Below, piece after piece: positions 35,410 to 49,791 of a stretch of DNA of 64,000 nt; the stretch's first letter is position 1, and every line of letters starts with the position of its first letter. The stretch spans positions 22,754,001 through 22,818,000 of the forward strand of contig NC_043016.1 in the NCBI RefSeq assembly GCF_006345805.1, in the 5' to 3' direction. The position numbers and the translations under genes were made by a program. The notes below the pieces were generated by a model. The model did no database searches, was not told where the DNA came from, and saw nothing but the letters and a program-made list of their open reading frames with translations. Source of the stretch: Octopus sinensis. Lineage: Eukaryota.

Positions 35410-38400
35410 CTCCCAAAAAATTATACCTTTCGGTTTGGTGGTTAACATGGACGGCAAAACCATAACTCCTGCATGTGATTATATAAATATTACAGGTGAT
35501 GGAGAGGGAAATTTATGGATACTAAAATTAGAACCTTCACACCTTTGAGTAAGGAGGTATTGAGATATATATGTATTTGAAATTATTAATAGCTCTGAAT
35601 AAACACTTTATAATTTACAGGACAGAATTAGAAACCTACCTTTGAAAAATGATAGAAAATAAAGGCTCCAACAACTTACAAAGTAAATCTAATAATGGTT
35701 TTCTGATAAAAAATTTGAATCATTCGGTAGAAGTTAAAGATGAAGATAATAGTGGTACCCAAGAAACTTTATATATAGAATGCAAAAGAATTTTTTTCAA
35801 TCAAATTTTACAACAAAAACCATTATTAAAACAACCAATAAAAAGAATGAAAAGAACTTGACACAATCACTCAGCTTTTAAATAATAAGTAAAACTGCTT
35901 AAACATCACCCTATAATTCTATACTATACTATACTACCAGAAAAGACAAAATGACCAAAGTTAAAACACCGGTTGAACAATTGAAATTTGACACACAAAA
36001 ACTTAGTTGAAAACAATAGACCTATGGAACACATCTCCATCAACTATTAACATATCCTGTCTGCTTACTCAAGCTTAATCAGAAACTAAGCATCACATAC
36101 AATTTTATTCAATAAAATAAACAAGATGCTAGTGTGGTATGAAAAAATTTCAATACTGCTATTTACTACTTTACTTGAGATAAATTATTTCAAAAGGTGT
36201 AATATTCCAAAGTTTGAAGAATTCTCTTTAAGAAAACATTAAAACTTTCTGACAAGTTGTATATAGCCAATTATAAGAAACATTTAAGAAGAGAGAGAGG
36301 CTGTGCTTTCATTTGACATTTTGATTTCTTGGATAGTATAAGACTGCTATACCTCTCCAGCAAGTCCAAAAATATGATCAAATGTATTCATTGCCATTAC
36401 TAAGCAGGGATTCTTAGAAGGGACAGCATAGAAATCAGCAACAACCTGTACATTTGTATATTATTTTGTCCACTCATCACAACACAATCCAATTTTACAA
36501 AAAGCCTTAGTAATGTAAGAGCAGTGAATTTCAATGTGTTATTTAAAACTTCAATGTTTACTGTCATCTTTCATCTACCCACAAATTAACATCCTTATTT
36601 TGACAAGGTCCAATACAATTCATTGTATCAGTGAGCAAAAAATAGTCAGTCTATCAGAAATCTGTTGCGTTGCATGTATCAAAACTAGCAGCAATGGTAG
36701 TGTACTAGATTAAATATCCTGATGTATTTAAGACATTCTACATTTTGACTTAAAACTTGCCAAGACTGATTTTTGTTTATCATTTCATTGGGTACCAGTA
36801 AGAGTAAATACAAGTACTATATATTATAATTGACTCAATTAATACACTCCAAAAATATTTTAAAATTACCTTTGTACCAAGTCAAAAGAAATCAATACTA
36901 GCAAGCAACATGGATCTATGCCTGATCATTACTGGAAGAGAAGTATTTTCAAAAATTATACTAAAGATATATTAGAATATATAAAATACATAAAGCAACA
37001 TATATCTATCTATATAAATCACACCAGATACAGAGTATAATCAAAGTACAGCAACTATCAAAGGACAGTAACGTACTTAACTGATTTTAATTATTTCCAT
37101 TTTTGACTAATGTGGGGGTGGGGAGAGGTTTGGAGGATCTTACAAAGACATGAAATAAAATGAAAGTAAATCATATTTCAAGATGCAAAAAGAAAAAAGG
37201 GCATGCACGTTTCTTTTTCAGGTTTTTCTATCAATTGTGTTTGTGTTGTCATAAATAGCAAATATTAAACAGCAACAATACAGGTTTGGTTGTGCTCAGT
37301 AAATGGTGATCCAAGCAGACCAACAATACAAAACATGCATATATAATCAATAAAGGGGTGACACAGATTCAACAATACCAGTGAAGATATTACACTGCCT
37401 TGTAATATATTATGTAATTATATTTAAATCATTAACAAAATCTTGAATAATTCATTATTACAAAAATATAAAAAGTTGTTTCCAAACATTTGTAAAGTAA
37501 ATCCTCAAAGACATTCCCTAATTTTAATGAAAACTGTAGCACTAAACTTTTTAATTAAAATAATTTGGCCAGACTATTTAAAAAGAATGCAAAAGTTATC
37601 TTTATTTAATATACATCTATTTATCGCAGTTAGCATAAAAGGTATGGTCATTGGAAATTAGCTGCAAGCAAGTCAAGTTCCTTGCCTAAAGCCATAGTAA
37701 AGCAGACAAACCTTATGTACCCAAGGAACTTACATTACTTGTTAGGCTTCTAGTTCATAACAGTTTTCACTCCACACTTCATGTTTCAGTGGTTATTTAA
37801 GAGGAAGAGAGTATCCAAATTGTGAAAACAAATACACACATTCTAACACTATGCAATCTCAATATTTATTTTATCTCTTATCTAACAGCAGTTTCTCTAC
37901 GGAAAATTCATTTCTCCATGAAATAACCACCCATACAAACAGTGAGAGTGAAATCTACTGTAAGCTAAGAAAACTGGAGCAACTAATGTACTTTTCACAA
38001 GTGCTTCTGTTATAAATTTCAAACTCTTGAGTTACGTATTCACTTCATCAGCATCTCCATCTCACAGCCATGTACCTCTATTGTAAGAATTTAAATTACC
38101 GCAATAATTTTTCCCCTCCCTTAATACTCTCATTGGATATTAAGGGAATATCATTATTATATCCCATTGCAGAAAAGTACTCGTAATATCCAATATTTCT
38201 TAGACAATATGAAACAGTTCAAAATATGAAATTAATACTTAAAATACATTTTTACCTCCCTGAAACAATATGAAAAGTATTGTCAATCATATGGTTTAGA
38301 AGACAAATACTTCATTATTAACCCAAGAGTAATTCTTCAACAGAACTAAATGCATTTTAAGGAGATAAATGTTTTGATAAACAATAATGATTTCACCTAT

Positions 38401-39810
38401 GCTGTATGGCATCCCAAATAATTATATTATGAAAAAAAAAAAAAACTACCCTAATTCTAGCTGAAAACTAAAATTTTCAAAAATTTGATGCATCATTATT
38501 AGTTAAAGTTCCTGTGAAGTCACATATAGTGCATGTAATGCAAATAGCTCCATCTCCATATCTTACTCACAATGAATATCTTTCCCTTTCCATTTATACT
38601 ATCCATAGAACAGATTTGAATTCAAAGTTTCATGAAACACTAGTCACTTATGCAACATTGTTGTTGTTTACTGCATCTGCCCATAATGTCAACAGCTAAC
38701 AAGACTGGGCTATTTGGCAGACATGAGTTTTTGCCAAAAATATAAGGCAGTGTCAGTGAAAAGTAAGTAATAAAGAATGGAGTTTTTTAAACATAGACCA
38801 GCATGTTATCAACTCAGGCCAGCCACAACAACTCTTGTGAAATGCAACTAAACTTATAACCAAAAAAAAAAAAAAATGTCAGCTATTTCAATATACAAAT
38901 CAAATCTTGCATAATTTTAAGAGCTGTGGAATCTATAATAGGTATTCTTTGCATTTTCCAATAACTAATATTATTGATACATTACTATCAAATGAAAAAA
39001 AAAGTAATTATATCCTAGAAATAGATCAGGATTTTTACTTCAAATTCTGATATGGTTGATTTTTATCACTTAAAAAATTACACTTTATTCTTTTACATTT
39101 ACTATTCCTTAAAAGCTGATATTGGGGAAATTTTTGCTCTTTTCTCTTAGCAATGTTTATAGCTGAGTGTAAATGCTATTGCTAGATAAGTGAGATAACT
39201 GCTGATACAGTCATAATAAATGTACAAAAACTTGCTGGTGAAATAGTAATGTAAACTGGCAGTGATTAAAGTATTCATAACAGAGGCAGAATGAAGACAC
39301 TGGAAGAAATAAAGTTTGTTCTGAGAATCTAGGACCTCGCAAACATAATACAGAATCAATAAATTGTCCTACAGACATGTCCAACTTCAAACAACTAATG
39401 AAATGAATAAAATAATGATAATGTTAAGCTCCTTCAACAAAACAGTAATAATGGGACCTACTCTCAGATGGTTAGCCTAAGCAGACTGTATACCAACACA
39501 ATAAGTGCCATAAGTGACTTCATGACCATATCAGTGATTGGGCAATTGACTATATTAACCTTTGTTACATTTCCATTTATTTATATACGGTATCTCAAAA
39601 TTAATTTCTATAACTTTAAAATTATTTTCATTTGTAGAATTAACATTTTAATCATAATTATAAAGCAGTAATACCTCCAACAAATGTGTAATGTGGAAAA
39701 ATAAAACAGTAAGTGCCAACAACATCTACAAATCCATTTATACAACATATGACAGAGATATACATATTCAAGAGCCAGACAAACAAAACAAAATAGAAAC
39801 AACATCTTAC

Positions 39811-40100
39811 TCGTTGCAGTTCCTGATTCCCGGACATCTATTGCATCAGTTACTTGACTTTTCTCCGTCGTTTGGGTTTTACATTCCACCTCTATACTCT
39901 TACTTAAGCGATTAGATATTTTCTCTGGTGACTCAGCATCACTAAGCTCACTTTTAAGACTTGTATTCGAAGAGTGAGGACGTCCTGGTGATGTCACATC
40001 GAAACCAACAGGGCTGTTTTCACTCTTTGTTGGTGTGTCTCCTGCCCCGCCATAGATATTAACATTGACGGGTCGTAAGTTTGGTAATTGGAAGCCACTT
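39811..40100 (-). CDS. JIP3: JIP3/JIP4 exon (JNK-binding region and Ser/Thr-rich linker)
   Basis: SGFQLPNLRPVNVNIYGG...PHSSNTSLKSELSDAESPEK...ESGTAT. SNTSLKSELSD resembles recalled vertebrate SHTSLKDELSD. tatag| and A|gtaaga; 290 nt, phase 2 to 1, open throughout. Confidence 0.9.
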
Positions 40101-42620
40101 CTATAAATGAGAAATGTACAAATTTGAATATTTAATTAATCAAAAACATTAAGAGTGTTTTTTTTTTTTTAAATCATTAAAAGTATTTTATTAATTTCCA
40201 AATGATAAATGAATATAGATGTTGTCTATCCATATAAATACTTTATTGACTACTACTGTAGGACACAAGTGACCAATGGTAATGAACAACTATTACCAAA
40301 TCATTGAAACTGTTTAAGATAATAGATCAATGGCACACAGATCAAGTATTCAAAACTGAAGATTTGCAATAGTCATATAATAGCTGAAGTGTTGTCAAGT
40401 TTTAAAATTCCTAAATCTGATATAGGACTTGAGTCAGTCACCCCCCCCCCCCAAAAAAAAAACCTTGTCCTATCTGTTTGTACGTATTGAAAGTAATAAA
40501 ATGAAGAGAATAATTAGGGAAGTAGGTAAAAAAAGAAAATCCAGTCATCACTCACAAGTCAGTATGATATGAAAGCATGTACCTTACATTTGCTAGTTTG
40601 TTTTTGTTTTTTTTCTAAAGGTTATGCAATCATGACCAAATAGTCACCTGCTTGGGGCTCTAACCATTGATCCAGTGGAACATGAAGGAGACAACAGCAG
40701 GAGGAAGAGAAAACTACATGAACACTACGTTGTACACATTTTCAGCTCAGTTAACCAGAACAACATAAAATGTGCTTTGCTCAAAGATAGAATGTGCTAC
40801 TCAGTCAAGGAATAGATCCATGACAGAAATAGCAAGGTCAGTGAGGGTGGGGTTACATTCTCAGTTACCTTTAAAACACAAGATGCACTAAGAAAGTTCA
40901 TTTAGGATTCTCAGTAAGAACCTCACTGCTTGAAGAAACATGGGGTACATCAGTATTTGTCAAATCAACTTGATAGTTACATTATTTTATCAGCCCCAGA
41001 GGAACAAAAGTCAAAGATAATGTCAATAGGATTTGAGCTCAGAAAGCAGAAGCATGGAGCTAAATACTGAATGACATTTTGTCTGATGCTCGAAAGATTG
41101 TGATTGTTGATGTATAATAGTGGTTGGTGAAGAGGAAAATGTAGCATTAGTTTGAGGAGGATATATGGATAAATATTGAGAAAGTTTTGGGAAGAATTTG
41201 GATCAAGAAGAAATGGCTCAACGAAGACTAAAAGACTGATTTTTAACAGTCTTAACTACCCCTAGCAGTATTTAAAAAAATAGGTGCAGACATGGCAGTG
41301 TGCTAAGCTCATTTTGCAACCACAAGGAGTCAGGTCCAGTCATTCACATGGTACCTTGGACAAGTGTCTTCTACAACAGCCCTGAGCTGACCAATCCTTG
41401 TCAGTGAATTTGGTAGACAGAAAGTGTGGAAGCCTATCGTGTGTGTGTGTGTGTGTGTAAAATTATATATGTATATGTGCTTTTTGTGTCAGTGTTTATT
41501 ACACCCACTCCTAATACTGCCTGACTTGTTGCTTTATGTTCCTTTAACTTACCAATTCAACAAAAAGATTGATAGAATAAGACTTTAAAAAGAAAAATAC
41601 TGGGGGCAATTTGCTCAACAAAATCCTTTCAAGGTAGCACCCAGCAAGGCTGCAAGTCCAATGACAAACAAGTAAAAGATGATGCCAATGCTTTTCCAAT
41701 TTCATAGTAAAATTTCTTAAAGTCTACAGTTACTTATGTAGTAATATTGTCAATATGGTACCAAACAGAAAGTATCTATAAACAAATAAATACAGCAACT
41801 GAAGAGATTTGAATCAGACTACAATTATCTAGATAATTGAAGTAATTACCTTTGATAACCATACTACTGAAAGTTAGGAAGATGTCAGATCTAATGAACA
41901 TGTGCGCACAAGCAGTTCTATAGTATAATAGCTGAATATGTGTGTAAAAGCTATACAAATTCATTTGTGATTATATGCGAGTGTGAAATGTGTTTCTAGC
42001 TGTATGTATTCCTATACACACCTATGAAGTAATGTATAAGTAGGCATATATCTGCTTTTATGCACAGACGTTTCTCTACTACAAATCTTTTCCTATTCCC
42101 ACTAGAAACCACCTCATCTCATAAATCACTCATATCCTTTATATATATATCTAATATATCATCCTTCTACGTGACCAATGTCCAACCAATGATCTTTCTT
42201 TCTTGGCCCGACTACCAACACCTCTTATGTCCCTCTCCTATGTTACTGCCTTAAGGCTTTCAATTTATACACACCAGCTCAATTTGATTCATTCTCAGTT
42301 AAAAGACACCTGTTACATTCTTGTTGTTTGCATTTGTAATTGTGTACCATATTCTACATTTTTTTGTCTTCGATGCTGTACACATTCACTAGCTTTCTTA
42401 TAAAAAATCTAATGCTCTTAGCTTAGACTTTTTGGGGGGCAACCAGATCAAACAAGTTCAAGTGTAACTGCCCGAAACTGTAAGGACATCTGGTAACTTG
42501 ACTGAAGAAAGAAGGCCATGAATGACCTGTCCTTTTTTCCCCCGTCCTAATTGTTGTTTTTCCTGTCCGCCTTTGTAGCGTCTATCTGTCCAAATCTGTC
42601 CTCTATTGTGTTTTTGTTCC

Positions 42621-42655
<35 letters not shown>

Positions 42656-43646
42656 GTAGATAGATACAAAACTTCCCACTTGACACTATTCAAAATTTTT
42701 ACTCGATACCTGTTAGAAAAAAATCTATATAGTTAAATTATAGCTTTAGTACATTACTCAGAAAATGTCACACATATACTATATAATAAAATACATATGA
42801 AGACATGACTATTTTTGTAAGCACTAGTTGTAAGATTCAGATTACAGAGTTACAATATTCATGCATTTCTCCAAAGGCATCATGAACTAAATTCGAAACA
42901 CAGCCCTAAGTTCTTAGGGAAGGTAACAACTATATCTAAATGAAACTAATAAAGTTTTTAAAAAATAAAGAAGCAAGAAAAGAGATAAAATATTTCACTA
43001 AGCAGCAACCACTGCATAATGGAAAGAAGTAGTAGTTTAAGTGGTAGTAATAGTAGTTGTAGTGTTTTCCAATTTAGGCACAAGCCCAGCTAATTTAATG
43101 GAGAGCTGGTTAGCTGATGCCATCAACCCTAACTCGTATTTTATTTTATCAACCCCTGCAAAAGAATGACAGGCAAAATTGACCTCAGTAGTATTTGAAA
43201 CCAAAAACATGAAGAGCAAGAAAAAATACTGCAAGGCATTTTTTCTGACACAATTTTGCCAATCCATGGCCTTAAGAATAATTTAAATTGTTGACATGAG
43301 GACATAAAATGTGAAGAGGAAGGAAGGGATGAAGGGAATTAATAGACTGAACCTACACAAGTACTTTGGTTTATTGACTCCAAAAGAATCTATAGAAAAA
43401 GTTGATTTCTGTGCTGTTCATAAGTCAAATAATCTGTGCTCTGGGTATGACTTTAAACCACATTCAGTAGTGGAGCCTTTGTTCAACAGTTCCAGGATTT
43501 TGAGGAGCATTGAAGTACCACTTAGCCACAATTATTTCCAGCTCTATTCTGACACAGAAGTAGGATTTGTCAGGGTCCCAGCTATGGGCTAATTAGGTTA
43601 CAAAATTTGCCTCTGGAAGGTCACTCACCAACACAGAGCAGTTGCT

Positions 43647-44035
43647 CATCTAAAGAAAGTAATTCCATATAAATCCTACATCCTTATAACTACTTGGCCT
43701 GTAACATTTGTTGCACAAGACCAATACAAGTTTGAAGAATGAAAGAATGGGATTGGCTCTGCACAAACCATGCTCACTATAATAGTAAACCTGTGTTGCC
43801 TTGTGGGGGTAATTTATTAAGTGTTCACAAAAGGCTTTGGGAGGAAACCCTTATAGAATATCTGGAGTGAGGGAGCCTAAAGCAGATATGTATAGTTATA
43901 CTTAAGCAACGTCTGACATCTGCCACTCTGTGGATGCTACAAACATTGACTTTCTTTTATGTTGTATTCATGAGTGGAGAGGTAGTAAGTGTACTTGAGG
44001 CTAAGCATTTGCTTCAGGAAACAGACCAAGCACAG
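43647..44035 (+). repeat. Dispersed ~370-bp repeat, copy 2
   Basis: Co-linear with 16869-17237. Confidence 0.75.
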
Positions 44036-44746
44036 CAGTGGTGTGTAAGTTGTCTCTGCAATACCTTCAACCAATGACATAAAAGACCAACAATGTGCAA
44101 GTCTAACAAAGAAGTCCTGCTATAAAGTATTTATCTCAAGATAAAAAAATAAAAAGAACTATCAAACTGTTAACCAATTTAAACAGCACATATCACCTGA
44201 CCATCAGACTGAGTCATGTGATGTAGTAAATATGCAAATCATACGAAGCCAGCAACTACAAGGTGAATGTTGTATCTTCACCTTTATTTTTACATTGCAT
44301 TCACACTAAGGATTGTATCTGACAATCTTATTCTTATAGAACAATACCAAAGACCAGGTGATTCCTTGTGGGTTCACCCTCTCTTGAGACACCTTATTAG
44401 TGTCATATAATTCATTCAGTAAATTTCATTTACATTCAAGCTTTCAAAGAGAATCTATATTTCTTTGAGGTAAAAGATTGATGTCAGATATGGACTGCGT
44501 GAAAATTTCCAAACCATCTTCAGATGTAACCCAAACCAATCCTAAATCACATTGACCATCAAATGATATAGTAAACATGTAGTTCATGTGAAGCATATAA
44601 CACTACCATATAAATGAAATGGGAGGGATTTGAATTCAAAACATTAAAGGGTGAACTAAATGTCTAAATAACATAAAACATTTTAATTCAACACTGTTCC
44701 TGCCTGTCTAAAAATAGTAATAACAATGATAACAGGTTGTACATAC

Positions 44747-44838
44747 TTTACGCGAGGACTATTGGCAAGATCAGCAAGTCTGTCTGTGCCCATCACAATT
44801 TTAGCACGTTCCATATAATCCATATGAGTTCGGAACAA
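44747..44838 (-). CDS. JIP3: JIP3/JIP4 exon
   Basis: LFRTHMDYMERAKIVMGTDRLADLANSPRV(K), family-like HMDYMERxK motif. tacag| and AA|gtatgt; 92 nt, phase 0 to 2. Confidence 0.93.
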
Positions 44839-45533
44839 CTGTACATAAAAGGAAATTAAAGAGAAATGGATTATATTTCTTATGTATGTATACTTTCAGT
44901 GCACTCATTTGCACGTACAAATATATAAAAGATCAAATAAACATGAAAAAATATGTAAGAATAAAAAAGTACAAAAAGGAGATCAGAAACTTGAAATGAA
45001 TATAGCAACAGAACTTCAGTTTTGTTTTAAAAGTAGAAATATTGTATCAAGAGGTCAATAAATATCAAATGTTGTGATGTAGAAAATTAAAACAAAGTGA
45101 AACAAGTGTCTCACTCACAATGTCATTTCAACAGTCTAGCAGAGGTTTAAAAAAAAAAAAAACTGTTCTTTCCTTAACACTGCTCATCTCCATTGCTTAG
45201 CAGTGGTTACATGAAGACCAATTAGGAATTAAGTAAATTTTAACTGATTATCACATACAAATTCAAATATTCACTGTTCAAATTGGTAAGAAAGAGAATA
45301 AGTGTTTCTGTGATACCAAGTCAGCAATTTTAAGAGGAGAAGTTTAGTCAACACCATCAGCCCCAGTACTATACTGGTACTTAAATTTTGAGGATGAAAG
45401 ACAAAACTGACCTTGGTAGAATATAAACTCAAAATGTACAGAGCTGGAAGAAATACAAGGCATTTTGTCTGATGCTCTTATGATTTTGCTACTCTACCAC
45501 CCTAATAATAATCAACCAAAAGATCAGCCTTAC

Positions 45534-45604
45534 CTCAGTATATCTCTCATGTAGTTTGCTGTATTCTTTCTTCATTTCTGCCTCTTTGTCCTCCAAACGA
45601 GAAA
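45534..45604 (-). CDS. JIP3: JIP3/JIP4 exon (leucine zipper I region)
   Basis: (V)SRLEDKEAEMKKEYSKLHERYTE vs recalled SRLEEREAELKKEYNALHQRHTE. tttttctag| acceptor and GAG|gtaagg donor; 71 nt, phase 1 to 0. Confidence 0.95.
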
Positions 45605-45997
45605 CTAGAAAAAAAAAGTACGAAATAAACTATCAATTTATATTAATGGCACAAATATGATTGGTTATGAAATTTTCTTTGCAACCATGTGGTTTTGGGT
45701 TCAGTCTGATTGTGTGGCATCTTGGTTGAACGTCTCCCAAAGATTGAAGCCATCTGAAGCTTTGTGAATGGAATTGATGGAAACTATACAGAAACCTGTC
45801 ATGTGGAAACTATACAGAAACCTGAACATGCACCTGAGTGAAAAACAGTGACATCTGTTTACATTATCCAGTAAACAGATATCCCTTAGTTTAAGCATTT
45901 GAGGACCAGCTGAATGAAAAATACATTACTTGAAAATGAGGTGGCGTTTGGTGAGGGCAAACTGTCCAGTTTTGTCTAACCCACATCAGCATGGAAA

Positions 45998-47042
45998 AAC
46001 AAACGAGCACTCAGAGAGTGCAAACCTCTGCCAAGGTAACACCAATGTCCTCTCAACAATTAGCCAGAGATGATTTTTAAAATGAAAATATCTGAAATAA
46101 ACTCGACTACTCTCACAAACGAGAATACTAAAAATGAATCTGACTATCCTCAAAACTTAAGTAGAAAAAAAAAACAGAAAAATAATCCAGAATCCTTGTC
46201 TGGTACATGATCTATCCCAATGGTAGTCATGGAATGTGAAGGTGAGTGTGCGGGCCATGTTTGTAATGCTGTGTGTGTCATCTGCAGTGGAAACAAGGAC
46301 AGTTTTCTCTATGAAGGCCTTTTTTTTTTTTAGTCTATACACTGATATAGTCTCTTTACGACCATTAAGGTCTATAGGGAAAAATTTATCTGTGCGTGAA
46401 AGAAAATGGAAAGGACCTGCATACGGTGCTGCTAACAGAGGTTTAACAAAATTGTTGTGCACAAAAACACAAGTCCAAGAAGTAAAGCTCCCTTCAAGGC
46501 AGAGCTAGAAATGCAATTGTCAAGTACGTAAGAGGTTTTAAACAGGAGTGATATATTCAAAATTGGTAAAACTGAAAATTGTCAAGAATAATTTAAATTT
46601 ATCATTGTTATTGAATATGTTAGTATTATTCAATTTCTGAATGGTTTTGCTGCCATTTGTTTATGTAGTTTGATTTCTTTATTCATCAGTTTCGAAGAGA
46701 TGCAAGTAAAATTAATAGAGAAATGAAAATAAAACTTTGGAACAGCAATGCTGCCATAACTTGCATGGAAACCATGAGCCTGCTTTCAAGGGAGACAACC
46801 AGAGAAAGACTTGAAAGTCAATGTAAGATCGTAATACTTCACGTAAAGTAAATATAATAATCCAGAATCTTTGTCCAGTACCAGATCGATCCCAAAATCT
46901 AATCAGTTTGTACCAGTCACAAGGCCAAACATCCCTGAAAGTTTCATCTGAATCCATTCAGTGATTCTCAAGATATTTTGTCCATGGACAAACAAACATG
47001 ACTGAAAACAACACCGCCTCCACTAAGAAAAAGGTAATGATA
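45998..47042 (+). mobile_element. Helentron-associated (HINE/DINE-like) non-autonomous element, composite
   Basis: 5' subterminal cctctgccaagg. Body ataatccagaatc...gatcccaaaatctaatcag...gaaagtttcatctgaatcc...caaacaaac and a degenerate 3' stem-loop (ccgcctccactaagaaaaaggtaa), as recalled for HINE-type repeats. Confidence 0.6.
46310..46500 (-). mobile_element. Gypsy LTR-retrotransposon integrase C-terminal (GPY/F) fragment
   Basis: VFVHNNFVKPLLAAPYAGPFHFLSRTDKFFPIDLNGRKETISVYRLK matches the recalled VFVRxDxVRxPLxxPYxGPFxVLxRxDKxFxIDxNGRxDxVSIDRLK. Confidence 0.8.
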
Positions 47043-49670
47043 AGGCTGATGCATATAACATTAAGCTGTGCCAGAGACTGATATATTTATGATATACTGA
47101 CATAAAATCCCCAATTGATTTGATGCCATGAAACAGGAGCTAAATAATGAGAGAACAGCCTAAGGGACTATCCATTTTAGGAGAAAGAGAGAGATGGCGA
47201 CACTTTTCTAATACTGTTACAATATTTCCTCCTTTCCATTATGGTTCTTATCCTCAACCCAAACAGTTTAGAAACCACCAGTCAATCACATGTAGCATCC
47301 CCAGATGATCTGGTATCTATTACTGATGCTAGTCAATCACAACTATTAAGGTAGTTACCTAGATAGAGTGTGGCATTGAAGACTATAATGTTGTATACAG
47401 AAACATGAGCAATAAACCTTCACCAAGATAACATGCCAACCTGTCACATGTAAGATTACTTCAGGATTTGGCAGTACCTACAATAATAATGTAGAATATA
47501 TGGCTGTACAGAAATAGAAATAATGAGAGGGATATGACACTAACTGGTCTACCATGTGACATCTACCAAATGATTTGTTGGTACCTACTACTAACAACTA
47601 GGTGAACTGAGAATGTAGTGTTCTGGACAGAGACATTGAAACACCTCTCACATCTACTTCTGTCTCCCTCTCTATCATACCTTCATTTCTCTGTACTACA
47701 CCTCCACTCAGTTGTAAGTGTCTTGTCATGCAAGTTACTTAGTGACCTCACAAATGTTGGTGCTACATAAAAAGCACCACACAAGGGCATCCACCAATAA
47801 AAATCATGCTAAAGCAGACATTGGAACTTGATGCAGTCCTCTAATTCACTGGATCCTATCAAACCAGCCAACCAATGCCAACAAGGTAAATGGGTGGTAA
47901 ATGATGACCTATGAGCAAGTAGACCAATACCTTAACTATTATGACCACTGTCAAATCTCTCTGAATGTATCATGCTCTCACCACTTAAATGTACTCAATA
48001 TAATTGTCCAATGCTCTCATAATCTCTGCCCTCTCCTCACACACCTATTTACTAACCTAAACCAGTATTTCCTATAATCACACCTTCATTGACTTACAAG
48101 TAAAATAGAATTGTTTTTACATATCTTAATGCAGTTGTTTGAAACACGAGAATTTTTTTTTTTTGTCCTAGTTAAATATCCAGCCTTAGTTGTTGACAGG
48201 TATAGAGACTAAGTATAGGGTTCATTACACAATACAATAACTGCAGAAGTAAGGGTTGATGAACCTAGGCTAACAATAAATTGTCTAGCACCTAGCACTT
48301 TAAATTAACAGCCATTATATGCAAATAACTTCACCTTTAATCCCATTTTTATATCGACTCACCTGAGACCACTTTTGGTTCTATGATACAAACTTCATGT
48401 TTGAAGAGATTTAAATTAAAACATTTCATGCTAATATATATTCCATGCCAGCTAAGTGACAAAGTTATTGTACTAAATTATTTTCAAAATTTATAGAAAC
48501 AAAGGCTGTGTATTTCAACAGAAATACGGTAACAAAGGGTTGAAGAAATAAAACAATTGTAGCCTTTTAATCAGGAGACACAAAAGGCCAAACCCTAGAG
48601 GGCACCTAATTAATGACATTCCTACAATCTTGACATTTACATAAGCAGTGGTCATATGATATTCTTTACTGGTGTTGTTCCCGTAGCACACATCACCTCT
48701 GGTCATGTGATATATTTTTTTGCAACACAGGTGACAGCAAATAACAAAGCTTCTTGTCACTATTAAATGCTCTTCGTACAATATCAAATTACCCAGAGAA
48801 ATTTTGAAAAATAAATAAGGTATTTATAACTTGTCATACAATAAACAATTCACACTAACAAACCACTAAACATGATTTGATTTTATCACCTTTTGTCTTT
48901 ATATCCATCTGCAAACTTTAAATCATGGGAATCCCAACTAACAATTAACTTTTACATGTTATTAGGTGATAAATATAAATTTGGTAGTAACAATTAGAAG
49001 CTAGTGAATGCTACATTAGTTTGCCATCACCCACCCTGCACATTTTCTTTTCTATTTTAAGTATTTACAAATTCAATAGAAAGCCTTTTTATAAACAATG
49101 TATCATACATCATGAATGGTCTTTTAAACTTTAAGTCCTGTCTTTAGTTTTATTGCATATGAAAAAATAAATGTCTTAAAACAAACAAGTCTCACTTCAG
49201 TAATTGAGTGAACTATTTTTTAAAAATATGACTTTTGATGCAGGTATGGCTGTGTGGTTGACAAGTTTGCTTCCTGGCCACATAGTTTCAGACTCAGGCC
49301 CATGTGGGTGGATTTGATAGGCAGAAACAAAGTGTGTGCGTGTCCTTGTCATGACATCACGTAACTGAAAATGAAGTACACTGCTTGTATGACTGATGTT
49401 ATATCATTAATCTTCATTGAAAACATAATGATAGGTAAATATCATCTTGCTTGTAAACAGGTGAATGTCAACAAGAGGAAAGGCAAGTGACCAAAGAAAA
49501 TACACCTCATCAAATTAAATCTGACACATGAAAGCATGTGAAAGAGAACATTAGAATGCTGGTGAAAAGAACAGTCAAAGGTCCTACAAGATCATTAAAT
49601 AAGATAGATATGACAAAAAAAATGAAATAGTTTAAAACTTCCAACTCAGACAAGATAATTTGGAACTTAC

Positions 49671-49791
49671 CATGATCTGCTGAATTTTTGGCCTTTAGTT
49701 CTAACATTCTCACAATAGATTCCAAGCTTTCAACCTTGTCTTGAAGTTCTTTTTTCTCTCCTTCAATTGCATCTTCAACTTCAAAGAATTT
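49671..49791 (-). CDS. JIP3: JIP3/JIP4-family scaffold, first exon found (equivalent to vertebrate exon 2; RH1/coiled coil)
   Basis: Encodes KFFEVEDAIEGEKKELQDKVESLESIVRMLELKAKNSADH, matching the recalled SPAG9 segment [40 protein letters not shown]. Flanked by ggcag| and G|gtaagt; 121 nt, phase 0 to 1. Confidence 0.95.
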
